In this document: positions 7,704-17,711 of the stretch, piece by piece
Numbering within the stretch: position 1 is the first letter of the stretch
Layout: each line of letters begins with the position of its first letter
Origin: a bacterium
GTDB taxonomy: Bacteria; Patescibacteriota; WWE3; 2-01-FULL-39-13; JAACPI01
NCBI GenBank assembly: GCA_009995545.1
Contig: JAACPI010000004.1
Coordinates: 1 to 61,090, forward strand
Length of the DNA stretch: 61,090 bases
Direction: 5' to 3'
Notes under the pieces: generated by a model
Databases searched by the model: none
The model's input: only the letters and a program-made list of their open reading frames with translations
What the model was told of the DNA's origin: nothing
Translations under genes and position numbers: made by a program

Positions 7704-9049
7704 TGACCAATTCTCTGAATTACGGAGATAACTTAGATAAATATAAGAACTTAATTCCCAAAGAGGTGGAAAAACACCTACCCCTTTATAAAGCTCTTAT
7801 ATGTCAAATATCGGATGTTCAAGATAAACTTGAAAAAAACTTTTATAGAGTTCCGGATTTAGAAAAACTTAAACAAGCAGTTTTAGACGGAAAAATAAAA
7901 CCCGCTAAATATTCTATAATTGAGGAGGTATCTGGAGGTTATCACCTAGTAAAGTTTAGTGACTTTTTTGAAACTGAATTTGAAAAAATAATTGTTAATC
8001 TTCAACGTATAGAAAAGGACCTAGTTCCCGGCAAATATGCTGAGTACATACAAGCACTAATATCTGCTTTTAAAAACAACAACTTCATAGACCCTTACAA
8101 AAAGTGGGTTCAACTAACTACTTTGGATTACCCAGTAGACTTTATTATACTTCCTACTGAGCCTGATTTAGATAAGGTTTTCGACAGTATTTTATCCTTT
8201 GACGCTTCTTTAAGAGTTCACGCGCCTAATTTTTTATCATATAAAGTAGAGGAAGATTACATAAAATACTTAACTTCTGCCGTAAAAACTTTGCCAAGGC
8301 TTTCCGAGATTCATTACGGGTTTTCAGAGGATGCTTTAAAACTTCAGATTCGGGTAGATTACAATATTTACAGTGCTGGTGTACATTTTAAAAGAAGATT
8401 CTACGGACAAAATTTACCTAATGAAAGAGAATTTGTTATTAACTGGGGATCTAAAATTATAGTATATAAAAATTTAGTAGATGAATTTTCCTCCAATGGG
8501 GCCAGCGAATTAGGGAGCAAGGTTTTTGACAATTACACACTAACTTCAGAGGAGCTGTCTCGAGCTGTCAGTGAGAAACTTTTAGTACACGAAGTAACAG
8601 AGTCTTTAATGAAGTTCGAAGGTGACTCAGCTAGACTAGGTAAAAGCTACTTTAAGGTAAGAGAAATGAATGCAGAAATGTCTGGAATTAAGAATTACAT
8701 TCTATTTTTACTTAAACTTGAGGATTCTGCCAGAGGTATGCATAACTTAGCTACCGCCTACATACTTTCGGCTTTAGACTACTACCGAAGAAAGCATGCT
8801 CCCGAGGATAGATCTGCACATTACCACGGCTATATGGCTGCTATTAATTATTTTGCAGAAAAAGGTGGCATAAAGTTTGTCGAAGGTAACAAGTTAACTT
8901 GTGATACTAAAATTATTCTAAAAAGTATCTCAGAATTATCCGATATTTTGGTTAGTTTACTTATAAAGGGTACACAACAAGAGGCACAGGACTTTTTTGA
9001 AAAATATTCTTCAGAAGATTTACCCAAACGTGCCTTAAATATTAAATAG
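7703..9049 (+). CDS. Hypothetical 448-aa protein, possibly a distant and degenerate DPP3/M49-like metallopeptidase fold
   Basis: Its start ATG overlaps the Gre-paralog stop (TAATG). It contains LLVHEVTES followed about 25 aa later by REMNAE, reminiscent of the bacterial M49 HExxGH...EExxAE motif pair but lacking the second His. Confidence 0.45.
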   Translation: MTNSLNYGDNLDKYKNLIPKEVEKHLPLYKALICQISDVQDKLEKNFYRVPDLEKLKQAVLDGKIKPAKYSIIEEVSGGYHLVKFSDFFETEFEKIIVNLQRIEKDLVPGKYAEYIQALISAFKNNNFIDPYKKWVQLTTLDYPVDFIILPTEPDLDKVFDSILSFDASLRVHAPNFLSYKVEEDYIKYLTSAVKTLPRLSEIHYGFSEDALKLQIRVDYNIYSAGVHFKRRFYGQNLPNEREFVINWGSKIIVYKNLVDEFSSNGASELGSKVFDNYTLTSEELSRAVSEKLLVHEVTESLMKFEGDSARLGKSYFKVREMNAEMSGIKNYILFLLKLEDSARGMHNLATAYILSALDYYRRKHAPEDRSAHYHGYMAAINYFAEKGGIKFVEGNKLTCDTKIILKSISELSDILVSLLIKGTQQEAQDFFEKYSSEDLPKRALNIK

Positions 9050-9107
9050 CAGGTTAAACTACTTAGCTTGTCCTATCTCTTTCTTCGATATAAAATTTTA
9101 ACAATAT

Positions 9108-10613
9108 ATGAGCGATAATAATCAAACACAACTACCAATAGATCAGCTTAGACAAATTAGAATAGAAAAAATAAATAAGCTTACTGAAAGAGGTATTAAC
9201 AGTTTTCCTTCAACTGCCAAAAGATCTCATACAAACAAGGTTATAACCGAGGACTTTACAAAGCTTGAAAACAAAGAGGTAAATATTGTTGGAAGAATTA
9301 TGAGTTTACGCGAGCACGGCGTTATTGCTTTTGCAGATTTAGAAGATAGTTCTGGAGTTATTCAGCTTTATATCAAGCAAGATAGTCTTTCTAAGCCTTT
9401 AAAAACTAGAAAAAACCTAGGTTTTGAAGATTTAAATTTACTTGATATTGGCGATTTTATTGAGGTTACTGGGGTTGTAACCAAAACTCAAAGAGGTCAA
9501 ATTTCGGTAATGCCTAAGTATATAAACTTACTTACAAAATCGATTCGTCCACTACCAAGTAAGCATTTTGGCTTAAAAGACGATGAGGATAGATATCGTC
9601 AAAGATACGTAGACTTGGCTCTAAATAGCGAATTGAGAGAAATGTTTGTAAAAAAGGCTATATTTTGGAATTCTATGCGTGACTTTCTAGTTAAAAAAGG
9701 GTTTTTAGAAGTAGAGACTCCTGTTTTAGAAAATACCGCAGGGGGTGCCGATGCAGAGCCTTTTATTACTCACCATAATGCCCTAGATATTGACGTTTAT
9801 TTAAGAATTTCTATGGGTGAGTTATGGCAAAAAAGACTGATGGTGGGTATGTATGAAAAAACTTTTGAAATTGGCAGACAGTTTAGAAACGAAGGTATGA
9901 GTAGAGAACACCTACAAGATTACACTCAAATGGAATTTTACTGGGCATATGCTAACTATGAAGATTCTATGGAGGTAGTGGAAGAAATGTATAAACACGT
10001 GGCAAAAAAGACCTTTGGTACCTTAAAATTTACTATAGCGGAGCACAAAATTGATTTGTCTAAAAAATGGGAAAAAATCAGGTATAGAGATATTTTAATT
10101 AAGAGAACTGGTATAGATCTTGAAAAAGTAACTGAAAAAGAGCTAATTAAAAAATTAAGTGATCTTAAGGCTGAATTTAATCCAAATGATGATAAGGCTA
10201 GATTAATAGATACCTTATGGAAACAAATAAGAAAAGATATTAGCGGACCTGCATTTTTAGTAGGTCATCCGGTAGAGGTATCCCCCTTGGCTAAAAGAGA
10301 CCCTAAAAACCCTAATTATGTTGAAAGATACCAGATAATTTTAGCTGGTAGTGAAATGGGTAATGGTTATAGTGAGTTAAATGATCCTATCGACCAGGCC
10401 CAAAGGTTTGAAAAGCAACAAGCAATGAGAGATGCCGGTGACGGAGAGGCTCAAATGCACGATGAGGATTTTGTAAGAGCACTGGAGTATGGAATGCCTC
10501 CTGTTACGGGCTTTGGGGTTAGCGAAAGATTATTTTCGTTTTTAGCAGATAAAAGTGTTAGAGAATGTGTTATGTTTCCTTTATTAAGACCAGAAAATGT
10601 ACAAGATGACTAA
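9108..10613 (+). CDS. lysS: Lysyl-tRNA synthetase, class II
   Basis: An N-terminal OB anticodon-binding domain is followed by class II motifs (FRNEG, GYSELNDP, GMPPVTGFGVSERL). Confidence 0.95.
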   Translation: MSDNNQTQLPIDQLRQIRIEKINKLTERGINSFPSTAKRSHTNKVITEDFTKLENKEVNIVGRIMSLREHGVIAFADLEDSSGVIQLYIKQDSLSKPLKTRKNLGFEDLNLLDIGDFIEVTGVVTKTQRGQISVMPKYINLLTKSIRPLPSKHFGLKDDEDRYRQRYVDLALNSELREMFVKKAIFWNSMRDFLVKKGFLEVETPVLENTAGGADAEPFITHHNALDIDVYLRISMGELWQKRLMVGMYEKTFEIGRQFRNEGMSREHLQDYTQMEFYWAYANYEDSMEVVEEMYKHVAKKTFGTLKFTIAEHKIDLSKKWEKIRYRDILIKRTGIDLEKVTEKELIKKLSDLKAEFNPNDDKARLIDTLWKQIRKDISGPAFLVGHPVEVSPLAKRDPKNPNYVERYQIILAGSEMGNGYSELNDPIDQAQRFEKQQAMRDAGDGEAQMHDEDFVRALEYGMPPVTGFGVSERLFSFLADKSVRECVMFPLLRPENVQDD

Positions 10614-11199
10614 AGAAAAAGCCTTAGAGATACTTCATAAAAACATGCAGAATACTAATCTACGTAGACATTGTTATGCAGTAGGTTTTGCACTAGCGGG
10701 TATTTATGATTATTTAAAAGAAAATAATTGGAAAGCAGATAGCCCAGATAACTCGGAAGACTGGGAAATTTTAGGAATTTTACACGACAGCGATTACGAG
10801 TTAACTAAAGATGACTGGACACAGCATACTTTAAAAACTCTTGAGTGGTTTAAAGAAGAGGGAGTTTCTGAAACAGACCCTTTGTATTTAGCTGAAACGA
10901 GTCACAACAATAAAATAACAGGATTAAGAGAACCCCAAACCCAAATGGAATGGGCTTTAGAATGTTGTGACGAACTTACAGGTTTTATAGTAGCCATTGC
11001 CGTAATTAAACCAGAAAAAAAGCTTTCAGCTGTTGATGTAGCTGGAGTTAAAAAAAAGTTTAAACAAAAGGCCTTTGCCGCCGCAGTTGAAAGAGAGCAA
11101 ATCTCTCAGTGTGAAGAAAAATTAAACATACCCTTAGATGCCTTTGTAGAGGTGGTTTTAACTTCTATGCAGAAAAATTCCCAGGATCTAGGTTTATAG
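10597..11199 (+). CDS. HD-domain metal-dependent phosphohydrolase
   Basis: RRHCYAVGFA ... ILGILHDSDYE gives the H...HD...D pattern. It overlaps the lysS stop. ATG 10606 is an alternative start. Confidence 0.7.
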   Translation: MYKMTKEKALEILHKNMQNTNLRRHCYAVGFALAGIYDYLKENNWKADSPDNSEDWEILGILHDSDYELTKDDWTQHTLKTLEWFKEEGVSETDPLYLAETSHNNKITGLREPQTQMEWALECCDELTGFIVAIAVIKPEKKLSAVDVAGVKKKFKQKAFAAAVEREQISQCEEKLNIPLDAFVEVVLTSMQKNSQDLGL

Positions 11200-11237
11200 T
11201 GTTATTTTTTGTAGTATTTGTTGTATTATAGTTAATA

Positions 11238-11365
11238 AGTGATGATGAGGTTTAGCAACCTTTGAACTTAACAGGGGTAGTTCCCTTAAAAAACTTATTC
11301 AAGTGTCTCCACGTGTTGGAGGAAAATGGAGTGGCACCGCGGACTACCCGTCTCCATTATTTTCA
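11238..11365 (+). promoter_or_regulatory. T-box-like leader with intrinsic terminator upstream of serS
   Basis: The core ggaGUGGCACCGCGg at 11328-11342 matches the conserved T-box sequence (AGGGUGGNACCGCG). A terminator stem (aatggag 11325-31 / ctccatt 11352-58) is followed by a T-rich run. A GA-rich tgatgatga lies at the 5' end. A Ser codon AGC sits at 11254-56 in a small loop. UGGC would pair with the GCCA end of tRNA-Ser (G73). Confidence 0.55.
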
Positions 11366-11432
11366 TTAATTTATAGTTAGTTTAAAATTACAGGTTCTTT
11401 GTAGTTTGTGATTTTAACTTTACACTTAATAT

Positions 11433-12746
11433 ATGTTAGATATAAATTTTATACGCGAAAACAAACAACAGGTTATTGATGCCGTAAAAAATAAAGGCTT
11501 GGATAAAAAAATTGACATTGAGAAGTTGTTGGAACTAGATGTGATAAGAAGAGAGTTGGTTGCTAAAAGAGATGAACTTCGGTCAAAAAGGAATGAGATA
11601 TCTGACAAAATTGGCTCAGCTTCTGCGGAAGATCGAAAACCTCTAATCGAAGAGGCTTCCAAAATTAAAGAGGAAATAAAATTAGTCGAGGATAAGCATG
11701 TTCTTGTGGATGAGGAGTACTTATCTTTACTTCTTTTAGTTCCTAATGTTACTTCCGATAGAATGCACGTCGGTTTAAATGAGGATTTTAATAAGGTCAT
11801 AAGAGCTTGGGGAGAGCCCAAGAAATTTACTTTTACTATTAAAGATCATGTAGATATAGGGAAAGACCTGGATTTAATCGACATAGAGACTGCCGGTAGG
11901 GTTAGTGGTGCTAGATTTTACTATTTAAAAAATGAGGCTGTTCTATTGCAATTTGCTCTAATACAGCTAGTTTTCACCACTCTTCAAGATACCAAAATTA
12001 TTAAAAAGTTGGCCGACAAAGTGGGTAATCCTTTCGATAAAGCTTTTTCCCCTATTTTACCTCCAGTTATGATGCGCCCCGATGTAATGAAAAAGATGGA
12101 TAGGCTAGATCCTATCGATGAGAGATTTCAGATGAAACTTGATGATTTAATTTTGGTAGGTAGTGCAGAGCATACTTTAGGCCCCTATCATATGGACCAA
12201 GTCTTAGAAGAAAAAGATTTGCCGATTAGGTACATAGGTTACTCTACCGCGTTTAGAAGAGAAGCGGGTTCCTATGGAAAAGACACTAGAGGAATAATTA
12301 GAGTTCACCAGTTTGATAAATTGGAGATGGAAACTTTGGTGCCCGAAGAATATGGGCAGCAAGAGCAGGACTTAATAGTATCCATTCAAGAGTATTTAAT
12401 GCAGCAATTAGAGCTACCTTACCAGGTTATACAAATTTGTACCGGAGATGCTGGAAAGCCTGACTTCAACCAAGTTGATATAAATTGCTGGATACCGAGC
12501 CAAAATAAGTATAGGGAGACCCATACTTCGGATTATATGACTGACTTTCAATCAAGAAGACTCGGGACTAGATATAAAACTAAAGATGGTAACAAGTTTG
12601 TTTATATGAACGATGCTACAGCCTTTGCAATTGGAAGAACTTTAGTTGCTATTTTAGAGAATAATCAACAAAAAGACGGATCTGTTGTAATACCTAAAGT
12701 TTTGCAAAAATACGTAGGTAAAGAGGTTATAGAACCTAAAAAATAA
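11433..12746 (+). CDS. serS: Seryl-tRNA synthetase
   Basis: An N-terminal coiled-coil arm is followed by class II motifs (FRREAGSYGKDTRGIIRVHQF, DATAFAIGRTLVAILEN). Confidence 0.95.
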   Translation: MLDINFIRENKQQVIDAVKNKGLDKKIDIEKLLELDVIRRELVAKRDELRSKRNEISDKIGSASAEDRKPLIEEASKIKEEIKLVEDKHVLVDEEYLSLLLLVPNVTSDRMHVGLNEDFNKVIRAWGEPKKFTFTIKDHVDIGKDLDLIDIETAGRVSGARFYYLKNEAVLLQFALIQLVFTTLQDTKIIKKLADKVGNPFDKAFSPILPPVMMRPDVMKKMDRLDPIDERFQMKLDDLILVGSAEHTLGPYHMDQVLEEKDLPIRYIGYSTAFRREAGSYGKDTRGIIRVHQFDKLEMETLVPEEYGQQEQDLIVSIQEYLMQQLELPYQVIQICTGDAGKPDFNQVDINCWIPSQNKYRETHTSDYMTDFQSRRLGTRYKTKDGNKFVYMNDATAFAIGRTLVAILENNQQKDGSVVIPKVLQKYVGKEVIEPKK

Positions 12747-13429
12747 TGCTGAAGCTGTTGAGTAATTTATTGGCTCAAAATGACGAAAATATCTTGTTTG
12801 AGGGTAATTCCCCTTTATCTGGACACCTAGTAGTTAAAGACACCTACCTCGGCAGAGAGCTACTTATTGAGGGTACTACGCATACAATTAAATCCGTGTT
12901 TAAAAGAGCTAATTATTGGGAATACTGTGTAGAGTACTCGAGTGTAAAAGACGGGGACAAAGTTTTAGTTTTGGGGCTTGGGGGCGGTGAAATTATTAGA
13001 AACCTTTTTAACAAATATAAGGTTACTATAGAGGTGGTAGAGTTAGATCCTGCAGTAATAGCTGTCTACAAAAAGTATTTTATGCATTTTATAAAAAAAC
13101 ACGTTTCTAATTTAAAAATAATTGAAGGGGATGCCCTTGAATATGTTTTAAATAGTAATCACAAAAAATACGACGTAATAATTGGGGATGTTTATAGTAA
13201 CGATAGTTACGATAACAGACTTTTAGAAGATTCTTTTTTACGAACTGTAAAAAGTAGGCTCACTAAAAATGGGCAATTTATAAGTAATAGGATTTTTGTG
13301 TTTATGTCTAAATCTGAAATAGAGAACTATACGGGTCTTTTAAAGCTTTACTTCAACACTGTTTACAGTAAGTATGTTGCCGATGGAATATTTCATTCCA
13401 ATAACTATGTGTTTTTTGCTAATAAGTAG
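12746..13429 (+). CDS. Spermidine-synthase-like class I methyltransferase-fold protein
   Basis: VLVLGLGGGEIIRNL (motif I), VEVVELDP, and IIEGDALEYV ... YDVIIGDVYS. The start overlaps the serS stop. Confidence 0.6.
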   Translation: MLKLLSNLLAQNDENILFEGNSPLSGHLVVKDTYLGRELLIEGTTHTIKSVFKRANYWEYCVEYSSVKDGDKVLVLGLGGGEIIRNLFNKYKVTIEVVELDPAVIAVYKKYFMHFIKKHVSNLKIIEGDALEYVLNSNHKKYDVIIGDVYSNDSYDNRLLEDSFLRTVKSRLTKNGQFISNRIFVFMSKSEIENYTGLLKLYFNTVYSKYVADGIFHSNNYVFFANK

Positions 13430-13442
13430 TTAAAATAAAACT

Positions 13443-13913
13443 ATGATTAAACCTAAGAAAGGCAGTTTTGATTACACCTATATTTATTTTATTTCTCAAA
13501 ATCTAATTTTCTTCTTATTTGGGATTTTTCTACTACTTTCCAGGAACCATTTACAGGTTATTAATTTTGCCTTTGTAAGCCTCTTATTAAGTGTTGTGAC
13601 ATCTGAAGGTATAAAATATATTCATTTTAAATCAAGGCCAAAAAATTATTTATTTGGTGTTACGCATGACTCCAGTTTTCCAAGCACCCACGCTACCGCT
13701 TCGTTTGCATTGGCATTTACCTACGCATTTACCTCAGGTGATCTCTCCGGATCCTTATTACTTCTTACAATGGCTGGTTTTGTTTCATGGGGTAGGGTTC
13801 TGTCGGGGGCTCATTTTAAGGTAGATGTGTTTGCAGGTTTAGCAATAGCCCTTATTGCCAGTTTGTTAGTAAGCATTTATCAAATCGGAATTGTTTTAGG
13901 TTTATATGCTTAG
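13443..13913 (+). CDS. PAP2-family membrane phosphatase
   Basis: KSRPKN ... PSTHAT ... SGAHFKVDV matches the KxxxxxxRP / PSGH / SRxxxxxHxxxD pattern. Confidence 0.8.
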   Translation: MIKPKKGSFDYTYIYFISQNLIFFLFGIFLLLSRNHLQVINFAFVSLLLSVVTSEGIKYIHFKSRPKNYLFGVTHDSSFPSTHATASFALAFTYAFTSGDLSGSLLLLTMAGFVSWGRVLSGAHFKVDVFAGLAIALIASLLVSIYQIGIVLGLYA

Positions 13914-14724
13914 CTATATTTTGTTAGGTTTAATCCAGGGAATTACAGAATTTCTGCCAGTTAGCTCTAGCGGTCACCTAATACTTTTTAAAGACACTTT
14001 AGGCTTGGGGCAAGACATCATTCTAGACGTAACTTTACACATAGCCACTTTAACTGCTGTAGTAATTTACTACCGTAAAAAACTATATAGCCTAACTCTA
14101 TCTATATTTTACTTAATACTATTAAAGTTAAAGGTCGTCCCGTTAAAATCCGCAAATTCTCTAAATAAATATAAAAAAGACGCTAGATTTGTATCTTTTT
14201 TAATATTAGCTACTATTCCGGCTGCATTGTTGGGGTATTTTTATAATGATTTTTTTGAGTCCCTTAGATCCCCTTTAATAGTAGCTACTATGTTGATAGT
14301 TGTAGCACTATTAATGCTTTACGATCACTTAAGAACATCTGCAAAGGCTACACATTTTAGCTATAAAAATGCCATTCTTGTAGGGCTGGCTCAAGCAGTT
14401 GCCATAATTCCAGGTACTAGCAGAAGCGGTATTACTATAACCCTTGCCTCCTTGTTGGGTATTAAAAAAGAGGAGGCAGCCGACTTTACTTTTATGTTAT
14501 CTATCCCTGTAATTTTAGGTGCTTTTTTGTTTAAAATTTCAGATATAAGTAGTTTTTCAGTTTTTTTTAACACCCGGGTTATCGTGTCTTTTTTAACGGC
14601 CCTACTTAGTGGATATTTTAGTATAGGTTTACTGATAAATATTTTAAAAAAATATGGTTTTATGCCCTTTATTATTTATCGAATAGTACTTGCTGGTGTA
14701 GTTTTAGTTTTTTTATTTCTATAA
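13906..14724 (+). CDS. uppP: Undecaprenyl-diphosphate phosphatase (BacA/UppP)
   Basis: GLIQGITEFLPVSSSGHLIL and PGTSRSGITI signature motifs are present in an 8-TM-like protein. Confidence 0.9.
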   Translation: MLSYILLGLIQGITEFLPVSSSGHLILFKDTLGLGQDIILDVTLHIATLTAVVIYYRKKLYSLTLSIFYLILLKLKVVPLKSANSLNKYKKDARFVSFLILATIPAALLGYFYNDFFESLRSPLIVATMLIVVALLMLYDHLRTSAKATHFSYKNAILVGLAQAVAIIPGTSRSGITITLASLLGIKKEEAADFTFMLSIPVILGAFLFKISDISSFSVFFNTRVIVSFLTALLSGYFSIGLLINILKKYGFMPFIIYRIVLAGVVLVFLFL

Positions 14725-14818
14725 TACTTGTTTTACACTAGGGTATAGATAAAGTATCTGCTAATATTGAGAATGCTATGTAAAATAGCTTGCTAATTAT
14801 TTTTGTTAACTTTATATT

Positions 14819-17398
14819 ATGAACTTCTTATCCAAATATTTCGACTCTAACGAAAAAAGGCTAAAACCTTTACGTCCAACTTTAGCTCAGGTATCTAGTT
14901 TTGAAGAACAGGTTAAAAAATATTCTGATAAAAAAATGAAGGATAGAACTTTAGAGTTTAAAGAGGAGCTTAAAAAACTACCTTATAGTGAGCATGCCGC
15001 CTACCTAGATAAAATATTACCTGAGGCTTTCGCGATTGTTAGAGAATCTGCTTTTAGAGTAGTTGGGGTTAGACACTATGACGTTCAAATAATAGCCGGT
15101 ATAGCCCTTCATCAAGGAAAGATTAGTGAGCAAAAGACGGGTGAGGGTAAAACTTTAACTGCCACGGCACCCTTGTATCTTAATAGTTTAACTGGGAGGG
15201 GATGCCACTTAGTTACCCCCAATGATTATCTGTCTCGTCATGGGGCAGGTTGGTATGGTCCTTTATACACTTTTTTAGGTATTAGTGTGGGTGTTTTAGC
15301 ACAAAACCAGAGTTTTGTTTTTGATTCCGTATATACAAATGAAAATTTTGAAGATTCCTATTCTAAAAACTTTAGACCAGCTAGCAGAAAAGAGGTTTAT
15401 TCTTGCGATATTACTTACGGAACTAATAACGAGTTTGGATTCGACTATCTTAGAGACAATATGCAAAATGAATACGAAGATATGGTACAGACCAATGCTC
15501 GTGCAAACATAGGATCTCACTATTTTGCTATCGTTGATGAAATAGACTCTATTTTAATAGATGAGGCTAGAACTCCTTTAATAATATCTTCACCCTCTGG
15601 AGAGGATGCTAGTGACTATAAATTATATTCTCGAATTGCGGATAATCTGGTTAAAGAAACAGACTACAAAGTCGACGAAAAAGAAAAAAGTGCCACACTA
15701 TCTGAAATAGGTATGATAAAGGTTGAAAAATCTTTAGGTGTTGCTAACTTGTACGAAGAGAACTTCGAGGCTGTAAAACAGGTAGAAAACGCTTTAAAAG
15801 CTAAGGCAATGTTTACTAGAGACAAAGACTATGTTGTTCAGAATGGATCTGTAAAAATTGTTGATGAGTTTACAGGTAGAATTTTAGAGAGTAATAGATA
15901 TAGCGGAGGAGTTCACCAGGCTATTGAGGCTAAAGAGGGAGTTGAAATTCAACAAGAAAGCAAAACGGTAGCCACAACTAGTTATCAAAACTACTTTCGT
16001 TTATACAGTAAGCTTTCGGGAATGACAGGTACAGCTAAAACCGAAGAGGAGGAATTTTATAAAATATACGGTTTGGAGGTAGTAGTTATACCTACAAATA
16101 GGCCTACGGTTCGAAAAGACAATACCGATGTTGTTTACAAAACTGAATCGGCTAAATTTAGAGCAGTTGCAGATGATATTAAAGCCAGACACAGTAAGGG
16201 TCAGCCCGTCTTAATTGGTACTACCAGTGTAGAAAGGTCCGAGCTTTTAAGCGGATTTTTAAAGCGTTTAAAAATCCCACACAGTATTTTAAATGCAAAA
16301 CAACATGAAAAAGAGGCTTTAGTAATTGCTCAGGCCGGTAGAATGGGTGGAGTTACTGTTGCAACCAATATGGCAGGTAGGGGAGTCGATATTATTTTAG
16401 GTGGTGATCCGGTTGATAAAAAAGAACAAGAAAAAGTAAAAGATGTAGGTGGTCTCTATGTAATAGGTACAGAAAGGCACGAAAGCAGGAGAATTGATAA
16501 CCAGCTAAGAGGTAGAAGTGGTAGGCAAGGAGACCCTGGGGAGAGTACTTTTTACATTAGTTTACAAGATGACTTAATGCGTATATTTGGAGGAGCTCAA
16601 GTAGAAAGTTTAATGAATAAGTTTGGCGTTGAAGAAAGTACCCCACTATCTGCAGGTATGGTGAGTAGGGCTATTGAAAATGCGCAAAAAAAGGTTGAGG
16701 GGATGAATTTTGATCATCGAAAAAACTTAGTTGAGTACGACGACGTTATGAATATTCAGCGAGAAATAGTCTACAAGCTTAGAAGAAGAATTATGCAGGC
16801 TCCAAAGTTTGATAAAGTACACGAACTTATCGAAGATGAGCAAGTTAAAATGACTAGGGATGAATTTAATGATTGGTACCTAGGAAAACTAGGTAAAAAG
16901 TCTAAAGATAAATATTTAAAATTTGCAAAGGATTATAAAGACGCTTGGTATCAAATACTTAAAGTAGACACTTTAAACGTTATAAATAGTCTTTGGATGG
17001 ATCACATAGATATAATGGATGATCTACGTAAGGGAGTAGGTCTCCGGGGACACGGTCAAATGGACCCGCTAGTTGAGTACAAAAGAGAGGGCAGGGTATT
17101 ATTTGAAAAACTTGTTTCTAGTGTTTGGGGTACTATGGATAAAAGGATCGAAAGATTAGATATAAGAGAAGCTAATGCTCCGAAAGAACAAAATATTCCA
17201 GAACAACTAAAATATAATGACCCGTCTGTTCAAGAATATGGTGTTGCTACTGAGGCCGAAGAGCTTGCCGCTGCAAGGTCAGGGGGTTCTGCACAACCAG
17301 TTGAGCCTTATGTAAACACTAAAAAAGTTGGACGAAACGACTCTTGTCCTTGTGGTAGTGGTAAAAAGTATAAGCATTGTCATGGAAAATCCGCCTAA
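14819..17398 (+). CDS. secA: Preprotein translocase ATPase SecA
   Basis: An 859-aa protein with Walker [35 protein letters not shown], and the C-terminal zinc motif [14 protein letters not shown]. Confidence 0.97.
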   Translation: MNFLSKYFDSNEKRLKPLRPTLAQVSSFEEQVKKYSDKKMKDRTLEFKEELKKLPYSEHAAYLDKILPEAFAIVRESAFRVVGVRHYDVQIIAGIALHQGKISEQKTGEGKTLTATAPLYLNSLTGRGCHLVTPNDYLSRHGAGWYGPLYTFLGISVGVLAQNQSFVFDSVYTNENFEDSYSKNFRPASRKEVYSCDITYGTNNEFGFDYLRDNMQNEYEDMVQTNARANIGSHYFAIVDEIDSILIDEARTPLIISSPSGEDASDYKLYSRIADNLVKETDYKVDEKEKSATLSEIGMIKVEKSLGVANLYEENFEAVKQVENALKAKAMFTRDKDYVVQNGSVKIVDEFTGRILESNRYSGGVHQAIEAKEGVEIQQESKTVATTSYQNYFRLYSKLSGMTGTAKTEEEEFYKIYGLEVVVIPTNRPTVRKDNTDVVYKTESAKFRAVADDIKARHSKGQPVLIGTTSVERSELLSGFLKRLKIPHSILNAKQHEKEALVIAQAGRMGGVTVATNMAGRGVDIILGGDPVDKKEQEKVKDVGGLYVIGTERHESRRIDNQLRGRSGRQGDPGESTFYISLQDDLMRIFGGAQVESLMNKFGVEESTPLSAGMVSRAIENAQKKVEGMNFDHRKNLVEYDDVMNIQREIVYKLRRRIMQAPKFDKVHELIEDEQVKMTRDEFNDWYLGKLGKKSKDKYLKFAKDYKDAWYQILKVDTLNVINSLWMDHIDIMDDLRKGVGLRGHGQMDPLVEYKREGRVLFEKLVSSVWGTMDKRIERLDIREANAPKEQNIPEQLKYNDPSVQEYGVATEAEELAAARSGGSAQPVEPYVNTKKVGRNDSCPCGSGKKYKHCHGKSA

Positions 17399-17696
17399 AT
17401 CGGGTATTTTTCAAAAGGTACTAAATGAAGTTGCTACTATACCTTTCGGTAAAGTTACTACCTACGGTGATATAGCTCAAAGATTAAGTATAAAAGATGT
17501 TCGCATTATTGGTTGGGCACTGCATACAAATAAAGATTCTAAAAAATACCCTTGTCATAGAGTAGTAAAAAAAGACGGTAGTCTTCCTAGCGGTTATGTT
17601 TTTGGCGGTCCCGATGTACAAAAGGGTATACTAGAGTCCGAGGGGGTTAATTTTATAAATAATAAAATCCCCACTAAATTTTTTTATTCTACTTAA
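17382..17696 (+). CDS. MGMT-family protein (O6-alkylguanine methyltransferase C-terminal or DNA-binding domain only)
   Basis: [10 protein letters not shown] (HTH) and the active-site PCHRVV motif with Cys retained. ATG 17382 (MENPPKSG) overlaps the secA stop by 17 nt. Confidence 0.75.
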   Translation: MENPPKSGIFQKVLNEVATIPFGKVTTYGDIAQRLSIKDVRIIGWALHTNKDSKKYPCHRVVKKDGSLPSGYVFGGPDVQKGILESEGVNFINNKIPTKFFYST

Positions 17697-17711
17697 CATT
17701 TATTATTTATA

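Noticed and set aside
11426-11821. 131-aa minus-strand ORF over the serS 5' region
   Set aside because: It is antisense to the highly conserved serS N-terminal arm, and its Ser-rich translation is an artefact of the Lys/Glu-rich sense frame.
14391-16192. Short ORFs 14391..14573, 15296..15520, 15315..15512, 16001..16192
   Set aside because: They lie inside uppP or secA, antisense or in alternative frames, and have no independent signals.
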